This document shows, piece after piece, positions 1 through 9,974 of a stretch of 64,000 nucleotides of DNA. The notes under the pieces were generated by a model. The model was not told where the DNA came from and did no database searches. It saw only the letters and a program-made list of their open reading frames with translations. The translations under genes and the position numbers were made by a program. This stretch comes from an uncultured delta proteobacterium. GTDB lineage: Bacteria > Desulfobacterota > Desulfobacteria > Desulfobacterales > QNYZ01. Location of the stretch: contig CAWJQU010000004.1 in NCBI GenBank assembly GCA_963845145.1, positions 416,001-480,000 of the forward strand. The letters are read 5' to 3'. Position 1 is the stretch's first letter. Each line of letters opens with the position of its first letter.

Positions 1-146
1 TTTTTGATACGTGTGCCCATGAAGACACCACCCACCAGTAGTACCAGCATCAGTAGGTTGGCGGTCACCGAATGGCCTGCCATCCAGGCGATGGGGCCGC
101 TATAGGAGGGCTTTATGGCTTTAGTTTGGCTGTATTTGTTGGGCAT
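1..146 (-). CDS. RND efflux permease subunit (AcrB family), 5' end only
   Basis: ATG at 146 just after the MFP stop; reads MPNKYSQ...GPIAWMAGHSVTANLLMLVLLVGG, a typical AcrB N-terminus; runs off the window. Confidence 0.8.
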   Translation of the reverse strand, partial: MPNKYSQTKAIKPSYSGPIAWMAGHSVTANLLMLVLLVGGVFMGTRIK

Positions 147-147
147 G

Positions 148-1470
148 TTAATTCGATGGCTGCTCAACCGGGGCCGTGGGCGGCTTCGGTTTGCGTGTTT
201 TGGTTTCCGGGTTAGTCGTTGGGGGCGCTTTAGTCGGCGAACGGTCTGTGTCTACCATAATCGGCATTCCGTCAATGGGCGCTGCCAATTCCGATACCAC
301 CAACCGATCCCCTTCTTTCAGCCCATCAGTGACCAACACTGCTTCTTTCCCGCGCCAGGCAACGGTGACGGGGTGAATTTTCAGATGCCCATCTGCAGAC
401 ATCAGCCAAACGCGATCCTGATCGCGCAGGGCCGACCGGGGGACCCGAAAAGCGCGGTCGATACGATGCCCTTCTATCTCGACCTGGACAAACTCACCGA
501 TTAATAGCGGTGGGGCGCCCGGGTCGTTCGTGGATAGGCCCAGGGGGTCATCGACGATTGCAATCAGTTGTGCCATCTGTCCGCCATTCCCCAGGTCGTT
601 GAGCAACTTGGATACCTTCGCTTGGCGGCGGTACTGATTGCGGTAAATAATCTGAATGGGGGCTCCTTCAGCATTGGTGTGAGTGGGAAGATCGATCCAT
701 TTAAGCCGATCCAAAGGAACCGATACCCGCACCCAGAATTGATCCGCGTCAACCAGCAGGCCCAGAGGCTCATTGGTTGTGACACGGGCGCCAATGTCGA
801 TATTTTTGGATAGCACGATGGCATTAAAAGGCGCTCTCACCACTGTGCGGCTGAGATTTAGTTCGGCTTGCTCAAGATCTGCTCGGGAGGCCTTCAGGCG
901 TGCCCGCGCTCTTTCTATGTGGGGTTTACGCAGAGCCAGCGCTGAATTTAAGTTCTCACCTTTTTCGCCACCGCCTAACAATTCCCATTCCCGTTTGGCC
1001 ACGGCCTGATACCCCTGCTCCACCTCGTACTCGTATTGGGCATCGGCTATAGTGCGTCTTTTCTGAGCCACCACGAGTTCATAATCCTTGGGATCGATGC
1101 GTAAGATTTCGGACCCTTTTTTCAGCGCACCGCCTTCAATGAAATTATCATGAACACGGATAATTTCGCCGGCCACCTTAGATTTCAGTTCGATCTGTCG
1201 TGCGGCCGTCACGGTACCCATAGCCTTAATCACGACCTGTTCCGGTTTCATCGTGAGCGGTCTAACCTGCACCAGGGGCCTGGTGGTTGTCGGTTGTCGT
1301 TTTTTGGCCTTGGGCGTTGAACTCTGCAAATAGGTGGCACCGGCAATACCAAACCCGATGATAATCAAAGGCAAAATAATCTTTATAATGGTATGGCCTT
1401 TTTTTCCCGCCGATCTACCGGCATCGGCATCGTCGGGTGTCTGTGACGGATGGGTATGGTTAGAACTCAT
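148..1470 (-). CDS. RND efflux periplasmic adaptor (membrane fusion protein)
   Basis: N-terminal TM helix, lipoyl-like halves (KSKVAGEIIRV / VRAPFNAIV) flanking an alpha-hairpin. Confidence 0.9.
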   Translation of the reverse strand: MSSNHTHPSQTPDDADAGRSAGKKGHTIIKIILPLIIIGFGIAGATYLQSSTPKAKKRQPTTTRPLVQVRPLTMKPEQVVIKAMGTVTAARQIELKSKVAGEIIRVHDNFIEGGALKKGSEILRIDPKDYELVVAQKRRTIADAQYEYEVEQGYQAVAKREWELLGGGEKGENLNSALALRKPHIERARARLKASRADLEQAELNLSRTVVRAPFNAIVLSKNIDIGARVTTNEPLGLLVDADQFWVRVSVPLDRLKWIDLPTHTNAEGAPIQIIYRNQYRRQAKVSKLLNDLGNGGQMAQLIAIVDDPLGLSTNDPGAPPLLIGEFVQVEIEGHRIDRAFRVPRSALRDQDRVWLMSADGHLKIHPVTVAWRGKEAVLVTDGLKEGDRLVVSELAAPIDGMPIMVDTDRSPTKAPPTTNPETKTRKPKPPTAPVEQPSN

Positions 1471-1473
1471 TAT

Positions 1474-2940
1474 TTATCCATTGCTCAAATCGGTTATTGC
1501 AGGTGATGTGCTGGATTTATCCGGGGATGGTTCGGCAAGCACGTTTTCAAACCACGATCCGCCCAGGGCACGGTGTAGACCAATTCGTGCCAGAACGATC
1601 TCTTCCTGGCGCTGGATCAGGGTGCGCTCTAAATTCTGTACATTGACCAACTGGGTCAATACGGGCAGATAATCCCCCAGCCCTTTGCGATAGCGGTTGG
1701 TAGCCTCGGTGAGGGCTTTCTGGGCGTTGTCGATTTCAACTTCAAGGGCGGTTTGGCTGCGATGCAGATTGCGCTCTACAATCATGGCGTTTTCCACTTC
1801 GAGAAAAGCGGTAAAGACCGTTTGGCGGTAGCGGGCCATTTGTTCGTCGAGCAGAGCACGGGCGCGATCCGCTTCCGCTGCCCGCTGGCCGGCATCGAAA
1901 ATAGGCGCGGTAAGGTTGGCTGCCAAATTGATCAGCCAATTGCTGAAAATAAGGTCCAACTCTTCGGCGCCGTACCGTGCGGTGCCCGTCAGGCGAATGG
2001 CCGGCAGTCGCGCCGCCCGGGCCGCGGCCCATTGCCAGCCGGCAGCTTCAAGTCGCATACCGACAGCACGCACATCGGGGCGATTGGCCAACAAGTCCGC
2101 CGGTATTCCGGGTGTCGGAATTTTTTTCAGCTGGGGTAGGGCGGTAGCTCCAATTACCGGCGACCCCGCCTTAGGATTTCCCAACAGTAAAGCCAACTGG
2201 TTCATGTTCAACGCTTCCTGGGTTTCAACCAGCGGGACTTGCCGCTTAACCCGTGCTACCAGTTCACGCTGTTGAAACACATCAACCGAACTGGCCAGCC
2301 CGTTGCGGTATCGTAATTCCACCAGTTCCAGGCGGACCTTATTTGTTTCCAGCTGTGTTTGTAAAAGTGATTGTTGCAAGCGTTGAGAGATGATATTTAC
2401 CCACCGTTGGGCAATTTCGGCTGACACCGTCATGGCGGCTGCCTGCAGATCGGCCAGGCTGGCGTTTTCATCGAGTCGGGCAGCTTCGCCGACTGCGCGC
2501 ACTCGACCCCATAGATCAAGCTCGTAGTTGCTTATGAGGCTGACGGCGTAATTTTCAACCGTGTTGGTTTGACCGCCATTTCGGGTATTATCGTTTTCCA
2601 CACGCCTTCGCCCCAAACCGGCTTCGCCACCGCCGGTCAGGCTGGGAAACCGGGCGGCGTTTTGCTGGATGCTTCGTGCCCGGGCCTGATGCAATTGCGC
2701 CCACGCTTGCTGGAGCGTAAAACTGTCACTCAAAGCGGCTTCAATGAAATCGGATAATTCAGTGTTGTCAAATACTTGCCACCATGGTTGTGCCCGCGAC
2801 AAAGGCTCGCCAAAAAGGCTGAAAGTAGGGGGGAGTTCAACTTCGGTATGGGGGTTGATGTCCGGCTCAAAATGGGCACAGGCGGTAAAACCGATCGCGG
2901 TTGCCAGAATAATAGTAATGTGAGCCAGATGTTTAAACAT
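1474..2940 (-). CDS. Outer membrane efflux lipoprotein (TolC/NodT family)
   Basis: Lipobox FTAC, YELDLWGRVR and LLANRPDVRA motifs; start chosen at ATG 2940 rather than 3090. Confidence 0.9.
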   Translation of the reverse strand: MFKHLAHITIILATAIGFTACAHFEPDINPHTEVELPPTFSLFGEPLSRAQPWWQVFDNTELSDFIEAALSDSFTLQQAWAQLHQARARSIQQNAARFPSLTGGGEAGLGRRRVENDNTRNGGQTNTVENYAVSLISNYELDLWGRVRAVGEAARLDENASLADLQAAAMTVSAEIAQRWVNIISQRLQQSLLQTQLETNKVRLELVELRYRNGLASSVDVFQQRELVARVKRQVPLVETQEALNMNQLALLLGNPKAGSPVIGATALPQLKKIPTPGIPADLLANRPDVRAVGMRLEAAGWQWAAARAARLPAIRLTGTARYGAEELDLIFSNWLINLAANLTAPIFDAGQRAAEADRARALLDEQMARYRQTVFTAFLEVENAMIVERNLHRSQTALEVEIDNAQKALTEATNRYRKGLGDYLPVLTQLVNVQNLERTLIQRQEEIVLARIGLHRALGGSWFENVLAEPSPDKSSTSPAITDLSNG

Positions 2941-3034
2941 AACGGAAATATAGTGCCAAACCTTAGAATGTCTATATACTATCCAACCGTCAGTTCCCAT
3001 TGAATAAGGAAAAAGGAAAAAACCGGCTGTCGAT

Positions 3035-3520
3035 TTATGGCTCCCGGTAAAGCGCCAGCACACCGGACCGGGCCAGCTTCTTAATACCATAGGGTTGTAA
3101 CAGGTCGATCAGGGCCTCAATTTTTTCCGGCCGGCCGGTCACCTCCATAATGATATGTTTGGCGCCAACATCAACGATTTTGCTTCGAAAGACCTCGGCG
3201 ATGTGCATGATTTCAGTCCGTTTTTGTATGTCGGCCTGGACACAAATGAGCGCCATTTCCCGCTTGACCGCTTTTTCACCCGTCATATCCCGTAATTTAA
3301 CCACGTTGACCAGGCGCCGAACTTGTTTCATGATCTGTTCAAAAAGATGAGGATTGGCCTGGGTTGTGATGGTGATCCGCGATACTTCCGGATCATGGGT
3401 GGGCGCACCGCAAATGGTGTCGATATTGTAATTTCTTCCGGCAAACAGGCCTGAAACCCGGGCGGTCACACCGGGTTCATTTTCCACCAGCATCGTCAAT
3501 ACATGTTTGTCATCATCCAT
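3035..3520 (-). CDS. ilvN: Acetolactate synthase small (regulatory) subunit
   Basis: ACT domain VENEPGVTARVSGLFAGRNYNI and C-terminal LARSG. Confidence 0.9.
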   Translation of the reverse strand: MDDDKHVLTMLVENEPGVTARVSGLFAGRNYNIDTICGAPTHDPEVSRITITTQANPHLFEQIMKQVRRLVNVVKLRDMTGEKAVKREMALICVQADIQKRTEIMHIAEVFRSKIVDVGAKHIIMEVTGRPEKIEALIDLLQPYGIKKLARSGVLALYREP

Positions 3521-3605
3521 TTGGATCGGTCCTTTGCAACTCTTTTGGATATTCTCCCGTCAATGTCACCATAGGAAACTTTTTGAATCTCTTTGTTTAT
3601 GATAT

Positions 3606-4172
3606 ATGAAAATTGTTTTGGCAGCAATGACTCATAAGATCAAAAAGGTCCCCATGGAAAAAGGCTACGTTCACGTGCTCACCGGTAATGGCAAGGGAAA
3701 AACCACGGCGGCCCTGGGATTGTCGATTCGGGCGGCGGGTGCCGGCTTGAAGGTTTATTTCGCACAATTTATAAAAAAGGGCGATTATAGCGAAATTCTG
3801 GCGTTGCAGCGATTCGCGGATCAGATTACCGTGCGGCAATTCGGGTTGGGCCGGTTTACCGGTCATAATCCCGAACCGGCAGACATTCAGGCCGCGCACA
3901 GTGGGTACGAACAGATAAAAGAGGTGATGGCCAGCGAAGAATATGATCTCATGATATTAGATGAGGCCAACGTGGCGGTGAAGTACGGATTACTGGCCGT
4001 CCAGGATCTGATGTTTTTGATCACGCATAAACCCTATGGGATGGAGCTCGTATTGACCGGCCGGTATGCCTCACCGCGGATCATCGATATGGCGGATATG
4101 GTAACTGAAATGCGGCCGATCAAACATTATTATTTAAAAGGGGTGGAAGCGAGGGCAGGGATAGAAAAATGA
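3606..4172 (+). CDS. cobO: Cob(I)yrinic acid a,c-diamide adenosyltransferase
   Basis: TGNGKGKTTAALG, QFIK, LDEAN, LTGR, GIEK motifs; true start may be ATG 3654. Confidence 0.93.
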   Translation: MKIVLAAMTHKIKKVPMEKGYVHVLTGNGKGKTTAALGLSIRAAGAGLKVYFAQFIKKGDYSEILALQRFADQITVRQFGLGRFTGHNPEPADIQAAHSGYEQIKEVMASEEYDLMILDEANVAVKYGLLAVQDLMFLITHKPYGMELVLTGRYASPRIIDMADMVTEMRPIKHYYLKGVEARAGIEK

Positions 4173-4258
4173 AACCATTCAATCTTCGATGACTCTTTGC
4201 ACTCTATTTTTTGATGCCCTTCTCGTTATCCTACTTCGATGCATCCCGAACAGACTTC

Positions 4259-4421
4259 AACCTAAGTTGAGCGATTTTTTGCGAAGCTATGTGCCAAGAT
4301 ATTGAGATGATAAGGATTTCAAAAAACGGAGGCATACCCCTTGGATATGCCGAGTATTTTTGAAAGTCTTAGCGCTCAATAGGTTGGTGCAGAGCGAGTA
4401 AAAAACCGCTCAATTTAGGTT
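4259..4421. repeat. Long palindromic MITE/REP-like element, copy 1
   Basis: Ends AACCTAAGTTGAGCG...CGCTCAATTTAGGTT are inverted repeats with nested internal stems; near-identical copy at 27445-27604. Confidence 0.85.
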
Positions 4422-4424
4422 CAA

Positions 4425-4712
4425 CTAAGAATATTGATCAAGGTAGGCTTTTAAGACTTCCTCAGAAGGTGTTCGGTCAAAAACGAGTTCGCCATCAATG
4501 AAAATGGATGGCACCGGTGCCGGTCGTCCGATATGCTTTGACAATTCACCATACCTTAAGGCACCACTCATTTCTTTGGTTACGACTTTTTCCCATTTAA
4601 GCCTGGATTCGTACGCCGGCGCAACTGCCTCGACCACCCGGGTCATGTATTCACAGGGAATTCAATGGGCCCCTTCATGAATCACTTCCAAATGAATTGT
4701 TTTTAATCGCAT
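4425..4712 (-). CDS. Thioredoxin-fold selenoprotein (UxxC)
   Basis: ATG 4712 MRLKTIHLEVIHEGAH-TGA(4664-4662)-IPCEYMTRV continues in frame into the 73-aa ORF; the neighbouring paralog has CLPC at this site. Confidence 0.85.
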
Positions 4713-4723
4713 TTCAGTTGCCT

Positions 4724-5062
4724 TTACAGTTTTACCCCTTTTTCTTCGAGTGCCTCCTCGATGGCCTCTTCCAGTTCAAATACCGGCGGAATGGCATCGA
4801 AAACGAGTTCCCCATCAATAAAAAGCGATGGGACCGGTGCTATACGACAGTACTTATACACATTCTCCTCTCCAAAAAGTGAGCAGGAGAGTTCGAGGAA
4901 GCGCTTTTTACCGTCGCCCTTTAAAAATTCAACCCGCCTGTATTCAACATGATCCGCGTATTTAGGTAGAATGTTAACGACCGACTCATCCATATAAAAG
5001 CATGGCAGACAGTAATCCGCTTTGTACATTACTTCTATGATAATTTGATTGTTTTTATTCAT
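4724..5062 (-). CDS. Thioredoxin-fold protein (CxxC), paralog of the adjacent selenoprotein
   Basis: YCLPCFYM and APVPSLFIDGELVFD; start chosen at ATG 5062. Confidence 0.8.
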   Translation of the reverse strand: MNKNNQIIIEVMYKADYCLPCFYMDESVVNILPKYADHVEYRRVEFLKGDGKKRFLELSCSLFGEENVYKYCRIAPVPSLFIDGELVFDAIPPVFELEEAIEEALEEKGVKL

Positions 5063-5441
5063 TCGAAGATGTTTTTCCACTGAAGGGTTTTTTGTGAGGT
5101 CTTTTGGCGGGTAACAACGCCCCGTCCTTTTTAGATGGTTTTTTAAAGAATTCAACGGTTAACTACCAGGGAAAGCGAAAATTATCAATCAAAATATTGC
5201 CGCTCGGCCTGATGCTCTTTGTAATGGGCCCATCCAGATTTCCCCCGGCTCAACCACCGCTCACTTCAAAAGAGTGCTTTTGTTTCCGCTGCAAAGGGCA
5301 TCTTGACTTTGGCCGCCATTTGTAACAATACGTATCGTTCAATTGATAATCCCATCGTCTCCAAGGCCTATCGCATCTCAATGGCCAATTTTCCTTTTCG
5401 ATCTCGAAAGGCGGGCAATATATCGAATGGTGTATAGCAAA

Positions 5442-6290
5442 ATGAATTCTCCTCATATTTACAAAACGAAAAAAGTTTCAGAATTTCCGTTTAAAATCAG
5501 TGCGCCGGCGATGATTTACGGCGATGATATGATTGAAAACGTACGAATTTTGGGGCGCATGGTCGACAATGTAGAAATCGTACTGTTTTATACGCCCACG
5601 TTGAATAATTTTCCAAACGAATCCGACGCCCAAACCCTATACAAATTGGGTCAGCAGAACAATATAACGTTTACTGTCCATCTTCCCGCCCACTTGGAAA
5701 TCGCGACATCGAATGACCGCCGGCGGGAAGAATCGGTCCGTATGGCCATTGATCTTATTCAAATCACCGCGACCTTCAACCCGGTCAATTACGTCCTCCA
5801 TATTCCCTATACCCGGCCAACCCTCGCACCTGTTCCCGGCTCGTATTTTCAAACCATCAGCGACCCCACCCTAAAAGAATGGATGAAAAGAGCGCTGGAA
5901 AGCCTTGATAGACTTCAAAAAGAGATCAGAACCGGCAGTAAGTTACTCCTTGAAAATATTAATTACTCACCGACATACCTCCAACCTTTTCTGGTGAAAG
6001 GGGCCCGGGAGATTTGTCTGGATATGGGGCACCTGCTGTTGGGCCATGAGAAAGTGATTGATGTTTTAGAAGAATTCCTCCCGGTCACCAAAGAAATACA
6101 CTTGCATGGCGTCATGGGTTTTGAAGAGCACTTGGGCTTGGGCGTTTTGCCTGAGCCGGTAATAATCAAATGGTTAGCTTGCCTTGGGCGGGGGAGATTT
6201 AAAGGTATCGTCAATCTCGAGGTTTTTGATCCGGAACATTTAGAGACATCCCTGGATCTTGTAACTCGGCTGTTTTTAACCGGTAGATAG
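5442..6290 (+). CDS. cbiR: Cobamide remodeling phosphodiesterase (AP-endonuclease-2 TIM barrel)
   Basis: TVHLP, LLENI, CLDMGH, IHLHG, NLEVF metal motifs; B12 context; start uncertain (5427/5442). Confidence 0.75.
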   Translation: MNSPHIYKTKKVSEFPFKISAPAMIYGDDMIENVRILGRMVDNVEIVLFYTPTLNNFPNESDAQTLYKLGQQNNITFTVHLPAHLEIATSNDRRREESVRMAIDLIQITATFNPVNYVLHIPYTRPTLAPVPGSYFQTISDPTLKEWMKRALESLDRLQKEIRTGSKLLLENINYSPTYLQPFLVKGAREICLDMGHLLLGHEKVIDVLEEFLPVTKEIHLHGVMGFEEHLGLGVLPEPVIIKWLACLGRGRFKGIVNLEVFDPEHLETSLDLVTRLFLTGR

Positions 6291-6316
6291 GCCGGTCCGT
6301 TAGCCTGGAAAGGCTC

Positions 6317-6616
6317 CTATTCAGGTTCGTCTAAATAGGGCACCCTGTTCGTCGTTCTCTGATGCTTACTCCAGAATTGGGCAGTTTCAAATCCGAGGAC
6401 TGAAGCTGCATTGATGTCATCGGTTGCGCGGGTATATTGACCAAGCTTGTAGTAGCAAACCCCCCTGTCAAAATACGCTTTGGCGTATCCTTTATACAAA
6501 TCAATTGTACGGTTAAAAACCGAAATGGCCTGGGCGTAATCTCCGGTCAAGGCCAGCTCTCTGCCTTCCCTATACATAGCCTCGGCTTTGCGCGGGTCCT
6601 TTATAGATCCTGTCAT
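6317..6616 (-). CDS. Tetratricopeptide repeat protein
   Basis: Two TPR-like repeats (AYFDRGVCYYKLGQY). Confidence 0.8.
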   Translation of the reverse strand: MTGSIKDPRKAEAMYREGRELALTGDYAQAISVFNRTIDLYKGYAKAYFDRGVCYYKLGQYTRATDDINAASVLGFETAQFWSKHQRTTNRVPYLDEPE

Positions 6617-6623
6617 GTTGCCC

Positions 6624-7511
6624 TTATGGAAAGATCGGTGGTTTCATGACCACCGGATTTTCATTTAGAATATCGTCGGTAATGCTACAGGCACAGACAG
6701 TATCACCGCTTTTGGCGGTCATCAAGGGGGCAATGACAAACCGAAAGCACCCGGCGGCAACCGCACCGCCGATTAAGGGGGCGAGAATATAAACCCAAAA
6801 AAAGCCACTCCGCGGGCCGGGGATGGCGATGTGATGCCAACCTGCCAGATAGGCCACCAAGCGTGGGCCGAAATCCCGGGCCGGATTGATGCCTGTCTGG
6901 GTCAAGGGCGCTGTAACGGCTATCAGCATCGCCACTGTCCCGCCAATAAATACAGGCGCCAGGACATCACTGGGCCGCCCCACATTGCAGCCTTCCGTCA
7001 ATAGAAAGATCAAGGTCACCAGTAAAAAGGTGCAAAAACCTTCCGCAAGCATTGCGGCTTCAAGTGATAGTTTAAACCATGAGGCCTGAAAGGCCGGGTT
7101 AGGGAAGTATTCGCCAAAAAGCATGGCTGTTTTTATGGACTCCGGGTTTCCACGGACAATGCCGTGCGCGGCTTCAAAACCGGTAATGGATGTGTGAAAA
7201 AGGAGTAATACGCATGCGCCGGCGGTTATACCCCCGAGCAGTTGCGACAACCAGTAGGGAACCAGCAGACCCGGTTTCATCCGGCCTACCAAAACCATTC
7301 CCAGCGAAACGGCGGGATTCAGATGTGCACAGGACAAGTGGCGGGTGGCGTAAATAGCCAGCGTAACACCAATTCCCCAAACGATGGCCACCTGCACGAG
7401 ACCCGCAGGAGCGTTAAATAACACCGATACGGCCACGATCGCAGTACCGATAAATACCAGTATGAAGGTGCCGAGAAACTCACCGAAATATGCGGGTAGA
7501 TGTTGTTTCAT
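6624..7511 (-). CDS. MIP family channel, aquaglyceroporin (GlpF-like)
   Basis: HLNPAVS and INPARDFGPR motifs (Asp after the second NPA); Cys-bearing C-tail. Confidence 0.92.
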   Translation of the reverse strand: MKQHLPAYFGEFLGTFILVFIGTAIVAVSVLFNAPAGLVQVAIVWGIGVTLAIYATRHLSCAHLNPAVSLGMVLVGRMKPGLLVPYWLSQLLGGITAGACVLLLFHTSITGFEAAHGIVRGNPESIKTAMLFGEYFPNPAFQASWFKLSLEAAMLAEGFCTFLLVTLIFLLTEGCNVGRPSDVLAPVFIGGTVAMLIAVTAPLTQTGINPARDFGPRLVAYLAGWHHIAIPGPRSGFFWVYILAPLIGGAVAAGCFRFVIAPLMTAKSGDTVCACSITDDILNENPVVMKPPIFP

Positions 7512-7578
7512 AAAACGTTTTCCTTCTATATAGCCGCTTCAGCCACAAAATCGGTACAACTACCTACGGGCTCTCCCA

Positions 7579-8004
7579 TTAATTATGACAGGCCTTCTCT
7601 TTCTCTTTCATGCGGACATCGGGAAGCGTAGCAGCGGGAAAAGCTTCTCGTGCCTGATCAAAAAAACGTCCCATCAACATCGCCTGATGGCCCAATGTGT
7701 TCATCCAGCGCCACAAACACTCTTTACCGGCCCCGGTGAGATAGTATCGTCGCTTGGCCGGTCCTTTTTCGGTCGTATCCCATTTTGATGAAAGCACCCC
7801 CCTTTTTTCAAGTGTGTTCAGATGGCGGTACAGTCCGGTGATGTTCACACCGACGGGAAATTCGTCGAGATGCGCTTTGATGATTTTATTGATCTCATAA
7901 CCATAAGTTCCCTGATGGTGGTACAAGGTCAGTAAAATCCATGGGCCGGCAAGGTTGCTCATGTTTTTGCCCGAACAGGGACAATTTTCGATATCGATCT
8001 TCAC
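7579..8004 (-). CDS. PadR-family transcriptional regulator with N-terminal CPC motif
   Basis: YGYEI, LYRHLNTLEKRG, GPAKRRYYLTGAG; GTG start at 8004 with GGAG RBS. Confidence 0.88.
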   Translation of the reverse strand: MKIDIENCPCSGKNMSNLAGPWILLTLYHHQGTYGYEINKIIKAHLDEFPVGVNITGLYRHLNTLEKRGVLSSKWDTTEKGPAKRRYYLTGAGKECLWRWMNTLGHQAMLMGRFFDQAREAFPAATLPDVRMKEKEKACHN

Positions 8005-8026
8005 AATATAGTCTCCGTCGTAGATT

Positions 8027-8067
8027 ATTATACAACGTATAATATAATATTGAATTGATCTTGTCAA
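8027..8067 (-). promoter_or_regulatory. Sigma70 promoter with overlapping palindromic operator
   Basis: Minus strand TTGACA-17 nt-TATTAT; perfect inverted repeat ATTATAC-AAC-GTATAAT at 8027-8043 overlapping the -10. Confidence 0.7.
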
Positions 8068-8245
8068 TCAGTTTGACTCCCCTGCGGGTATTTAGTATTT
8101 ATGGGATCAATGTCCATATCTTGAAAGTTATGGGCAGCGGCAACCCTTAAGATGCGAAAGCAATTTCTAAAGTTTGCATATCGGACCCTTTTTTCTCAAT
8201 CCTAAAATATTTTGTCGGTGTCATCGGCAAAGGAAGGTAACTTTT

Positions 8246-8821
8246 ATGAAAAAGTGGCTGGTCGCGTTGTTGATTGTGGGATATGCGATTCCGGTGTTTG
8301 CGCAGAAAGAAACGGTTATTACCCGGGAAGATCAGTGGGTGATGTATTCCAAATTCGAAAATCAGGTCGCCGGTATGGCCGGAGACATTGCGGTGCTTGG
8401 CGGTATCTATGCCGGTGGTTTACTGAATGAGCGGTTTATTTTCGGGGTCGGGTTCAATGGCCTTTTGTCCGATGTGGAGACGGATTCACCGTTTCTGAAC
8501 GATCTCGAATTTCTTGATGTTTGGTATGGGGGACTGCATACCGGGTATACCTTCTATTCCGACCGGTTGATTCACTTTTCGTTGGGGTGCCTCCTCGGGG
8601 GCGGTCAGGTGAAGGCGGATTCCACTGCCGGGCCTGATGTTTCCGAGAATATCATTGCGGTTCAGCCAACCGTCGATTTTCGGTTGAACATTTCGGATAG
8701 ATTTTCGATCGGCCTAAATGTCGGCTACCTGTATCTCGGGATGAACGATGCAGAAGAACTGACGTCTTCCGATTTATCGGGTCCAACGGCTGGTTTTTTT
8801 CTACACTTTACTGAATTCTAG
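8246..8821 (+). CDS. Exported protein, probable outer-membrane beta-barrel
   Basis: Signal peptide MKKWLVALLIVGYAIPVFA, amphipathic beta strands, terminal Phe. Confidence 0.65.
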   Translation: MKKWLVALLIVGYAIPVFAQKETVITREDQWVMYSKFENQVAGMAGDIAVLGGIYAGGLLNERFIFGVGFNGLLSDVETDSPFLNDLEFLDVWYGGLHTGYTFYSDRLIHFSLGCLLGGGQVKADSTAGPDVSENIIAVQPTVDFRLNISDRFSIGLNVGYLYLGMNDAEELTSSDLSGPTAGFFLHFTEF

Positions 8822-8827
8822 TTGCTC

Positions 8828-8985
8828 AGGGCTCGCGAAAAAATAATTTCACATTTTATACGCCGATGAATCCCGTCTGGCGACGTTGTGAAAGCTCGGA
8901 ATATCTCGATATTCCATCTCTTTCACGCCTTGTCAGGCGGGCGCCTCAACGCCTAAAATTGTGAACTTATTTTTACGCGAACCCT
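8828..8985. repeat. Long palindromic intergenic element
   Basis: AGGGCTCGCGAAAAAATAA...TTATTTTTACGCGAACCCT imperfect inverted ends and nested stems between convergent genes. Confidence 0.7.
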
Positions 8986-9926
8986 TAGCCAGGTGGCGGG
9001 CGGTTCTCAAGATATTCTGATGCGTATTTGGCCGCTCGGGCCCCATCGGCGCAGGCGGTCAACACCTGATAGAGGTTCTTTTCCCTGATATCGCCGGCCG
9101 CAAACAGACCGGGCTCCGATGTCATAAGCGTGGCGTCGGTAATTAAATAGCCGTCCTTGTTGGTATTAGGTGTGGTAGCGGGTTTGAACTGGAGCATCCG
9201 CAGGTTGGGGGTCCACCCAATGGCCAAAAATGCGCCATCGACTGGTATTTCGGAGGTCTCGCCCGTTTTGGTTTTAACGCCCAGGGTTTCAACAAAGTCT
9301 AAGCCGGTAAACCCGGTTACTTCTGTATCGGTTATAATCTCGATATTTTTTTGCTGGACAACCAGCGCTTTCTGAACGGCATCCATTTTTAGATTTGGGC
9401 TGCGGCAAATCAGGAATACTTTAGCGGCAATCCGGGACAGGGTCATCGCATGCTGTCCAGCAGCATTGTCACTGCCGATGACTGCCAAATGGGCGTTTTT
9501 ATCCCTGTACAGGGGGCCATCGCAGACGGAACAGAAATTAATACCTTTCATTTTGGCGTGGGCTACCGGCAATCTTTTGGGGACCCGACCGCTGGCCACA
9601 ATGGCACAGGGGGCGCTGTAATCCAACCCATTGGCATCCTTTCCAATAAATCCATTGCTATGGCGATCAAGCTGTTCCAGGCGACTCATGGTAAATTCAG
9701 CCCCCTCCATTTGGGCTTGCTGGAAAAGCTTGACACCGAATTCCGTTCCGGGAATACCGCCCAGGAAACCCGGAAGATTCATTATATTATCGATCATATA
9801 GGTAATGCCCCCGGGGGTATCGCCAAAAACGATCGTCTTCAGTCCCAAACGTTGGGCGTACAAAGCAGCGGTTGACCCGGCAGGGCCGATTCCCACAATT
9901 ATTATGTCGTATTGGTTTTCCGTCAT
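8985..9926 (-). CDS. trxB: Thioredoxin reductase-like FAD-dependent oxidoreductase
   Basis: GIGPAG FAD motif, CSVCDG, GLFAAGD; NADPH motif is atypical (GSDNAA). Confidence 0.85.
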   Translation of the reverse strand: MTENQYDIIIVGIGPAGSTAALYAQRLGLKTIVFGDTPGGITYMIDNIMNLPGFLGGIPGTEFGVKLFQQAQMEGAEFTMSRLEQLDRHSNGFIGKDANGLDYSAPCAIVASGRVPKRLPVAHAKMKGINFCSVCDGPLYRDKNAHLAVIGSDNAAGQHAMTLSRIAAKVFLICRSPNLKMDAVQKALVVQQKNIEIITDTEVTGFTGLDFVETLGVKTKTGETSEIPVDGAFLAIGWTPNLRMLQFKPATTPNTNKDGYLITDATLMTSEPGLFAAGDIREKNLYQVLTACADGARAAKYASEYLENRPPPG

Positions 9927-9974
9927 GGTATTTATCGTCCCAGGTTTACCTTAACATTAGGATTTAGCTTGAGG

